From contig OZ244799.1 of the NCBI GenBank assembly GCA_965219955.1, forward strand, positions 3,424,001-3,488,000: 64,000 nt of DNA. Reading direction: 5' to 3'. This document shows, in pieces, positions 62,106-64,000 of the stretch. The stretch is from a bacterium. GTDB taxonomy: Bacteria; UBA8248. Below the pieces are notes generated by a model. That model was not told the origin of the DNA. It worked only from the letters and a program-made list of their open reading frames with translations, and made no database searches. The translations under genes and the position numbers were made by a program. Each line of letters begins with the position of its first letter. The stretch's first letter is position 1.

Positions 62106-63419
62106 TCAGGAGGAATCCCCCGCCGGGGGAGCGAATGCGTGAACGACGAGGCCGGTGCGTATCTTGGGATAGAAATAGGTGGACTTGTGCGGCATCTTGC
62201 CGCCCGCCTTGGCGATTTCGGATACCGATTCAAGGGGCGTGGGGTTCAGCAAAACGGCCGCCGCACACTCCCCGCTCCTGGCGCAGGAGAGCGCAAACTC
62301 CGGATCGGGCGTGAAGGCGATGTCCCCTTCCTCGTGAGAGGCTTTGAATGCGCCGTCCACGACCTCCGCATGGAGGCGGCTCACGTCGAGCGCCGCGACG
62401 GCCTCATCGACGGAGGAGGTATCTCCGTCATGCCTCCCGATGAGATAGCGGACGTTCGCGCCGCCGTCATAGAGGCAAAAAACGCTGGCGCCGCCGTTTT
62501 CTCCGGATAACGCCGCCAGGCGCTCGGCCACCCGGCCGCATTCTCCCGCCTCGGGCGCCGGCTCTTCCACTATCTCGTATTTCTCCGCGAGCGCGGCGAG
62601 GGCGTCTTCCGTCGTCGCGGAGACCTTCTTGAGCAACCGGTAGGTGGGCAGAATCACCATGCCCGGGTCCGCGATGTTGGCCAGGCACATGAGCGTGTAG
62701 TCCGCCTCGCTCCCCTCGGGAGCGCCATCCCCGCGGGCGGCGTCTCTCAAGTCCAGGGACGTCTCGTAGCGGTGGTGGCCGTCGGCGATGAACACCTCCC
62801 TGTCCCGTAGCGATTCCTGCGCGAGCGCGATAACTGCCGGGTCGTCGCACCGCCAGAGGGTATGGCGCACGCCGTCGTCTTCGAAATCGGCGACGGGCGC
62901 GCCCTTCTCCGCGCTCTTCAAGGCGCGGTTCGCCGTCTCCCGGGGCTCGTCGTAAAAGCCGAAAATCGGCCCCAGGTGCGCACCGCTCCTCCCCCACAGG
63001 TCGAACAGGTAGCCCTTGGGCTTGGGGAAGGTCTGTTCGTGGGGATAAATCCTGCCCGCGCCGTAGGGTTCGAGCTTCACGACCGCGAAAAACGCGTTCC
63101 GCTCCAGGCGCGTCCCGTCGGGAAGCGAGAAGCGCTGGCGGTAGGGATAGAGCGCGGGCGTGTCGTCCAGGGTCATCGCTCCGCTCGCGCGCCAGTTTTC
63201 GAGATATTCGACCGCGCGGCCCACGCGGCCCGCGTCCCCGTCCTCGCCCTCCAGTATCTCGCCCTGAATCAGCCGCACGATGTTCAGCGGGTGGCGCTCA
63301 TAGAACGAACGCCTGATCTCGGGCGTAAAGACATCATACGGCGGGGAGGAGACATCTCCCATCTCTTCGGGTGCGATATTCGAATACCTAAGCGCGCGGA
63401 ACGCCCGAACCTCAACCAC
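62106..63419 (-). CDS. DUF1015 family protein
   Basis: PPYDV, PHEQT, IADGHHRY, MPHKSTYFYPK. Confidence 0.92.
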   Translation of the reverse strand: MVEVRAFRALRYSNIAPEEMGDVSSPPYDVFTPEIRRSFYERHPLNIVRLIQGEILEGEDGDAGRVGRAVEYLENWRASGAMTLDDTPALYPYRQRFSLPDGTRLERNAFFAVVKLEPYGAGRIYPHEQTFPKPKGYLFDLWGRSGAHLGPIFGFYDEPRETANRALKSAEKGAPVADFEDDGVRHTLWRCDDPAVIALAQESLRDREVFIADGHHRYETSLDLRDAARGDGAPEGSEADYTLMCLANIADPGMVILPTYRLLKKVSATTEDALAALAEKYEIVEEPAPEAGECGRVAERLAALSGENGGASVFCLYDGGANVRYLIGRHDGDTSSVDEAVAALDVSRLHAEVVDGAFKASHEEGDIAFTPDPEFALSCARSGECAAAVLLNPTPLESVSEIAKAGGKMPHKSTYFYPKIRTGLVVHAFAPPAGDSS

Positions 63420-63660
63420 GAGAAACCCCTTTCAAGAATACGATACAAACCGATGAGAACAGCGGCGAGGGGATATTAAGGTCGCGCATCGAGGCTGTCA
63501 AAACATATCGGGAACATGTGATGACTTCTAAAGCCCCGCTCGCGTTCCGGCGTTTCAGACAAGCGAGTTGACCGGGACGGACGGGTGCTCTAGTTTCCTC
63601 ATCATTCTCCGCGGGGCCGGATGGGCTGCGCCTTGAAATGGCAAACGAAGGAATCCAGGG

Positions 63661-64000
63661 ATGAAAACGAAATTCGGCGTCAGCTTCACCATGCACCCCG
63701 AGCGCATCTTCACGCCCGGGGAAATGTATGCGTTCGCGGAATCCGCCGAAGCGCTCGGTTATGATTCCCTGTGGATAGGCGATCACATCTCTTTCCACGG
63801 CCACTACACCGAGAGCCTCACCACGCTGGCCGCCTTCGCGGCCCGCACCAGCCGCATCACGCTGGGGGTGGGCGTCTATCTCCTGCCGCTGAGACGTCCC
63901 GCCATCGCCGCCAAGACCGCCGCCACGGTGGACTACCTGACGGGCGGGGGGCGCTTCATCTTCGGCGTCGGCGTGGGCGGTGAAGGAAAAACCGAGTTCG
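63661..64000 (+). CDS. LLM-class flavin-dependent oxidoreductase (partial, runs off window)
   Basis: Not in ORF track; translates MKTKFGV...AEALGYDSLWIGDH...TSRITLG...GRFIFGVGVG. Confidence 0.9.
   Translation, partial: MKTKFGVSFTMHPERIFTPGEMYAFAESAEALGYDSLWIGDHISFHGHYTESLTTLAAFAARTSRITLGVGVYLLPLRRPAIAAKTAATVDYLTGGGRFIFGVGVGGEGKTEF

Overview
A 64-kb, GC-rich bacterial chromosomal segment. The atpF'-F-H-A-G-D-C cluster lacks atpB/E, a split arrangement known from Desulfobacterota, Myxococcota, Nitrospinota and related lineages; the taxonomy is only an inference. The left half is a heterotrophic transport and catabolism region: sugar and peptide ABC components, a Rieske ferredoxin plus amidohydrolase, a CoA-transferase, HMG-CoA lyase, FAH proteins, two tandem E1 alpha/beta pairs, an LLM and an M24 protein. 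The middle holds the ATP synthase genes and two very large tandem paralogues. Each has a signal peptide, 2-3 repeated modules carrying Cache-like ligand-binding domains, and a C-terminal autotransporter-like beta-barrel, but no signalling domain; this is the most unusual system here. The right end has an opp-type transporter, housekeeping genes (nrnA, pncB, orphan nuoI, trxB, prpD-like, nfo, engB), a lower-GC two-gene cassette of unknown function, and a glutaredoxin with an in-frame TGA (UxxC) and a SECIS-like hairpin that the ORF track truncates. Intergenic regions are packed with nested non-autonomous MITE-like elements (GGGGYTGTTGAAAAA ends, 5-bp target duplications) carrying different REP-like palindromes. 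No rRNA, tRNA, CRISPR array, transposase or prophage was recognised. All calls come from reading motifs; no database searches were run.
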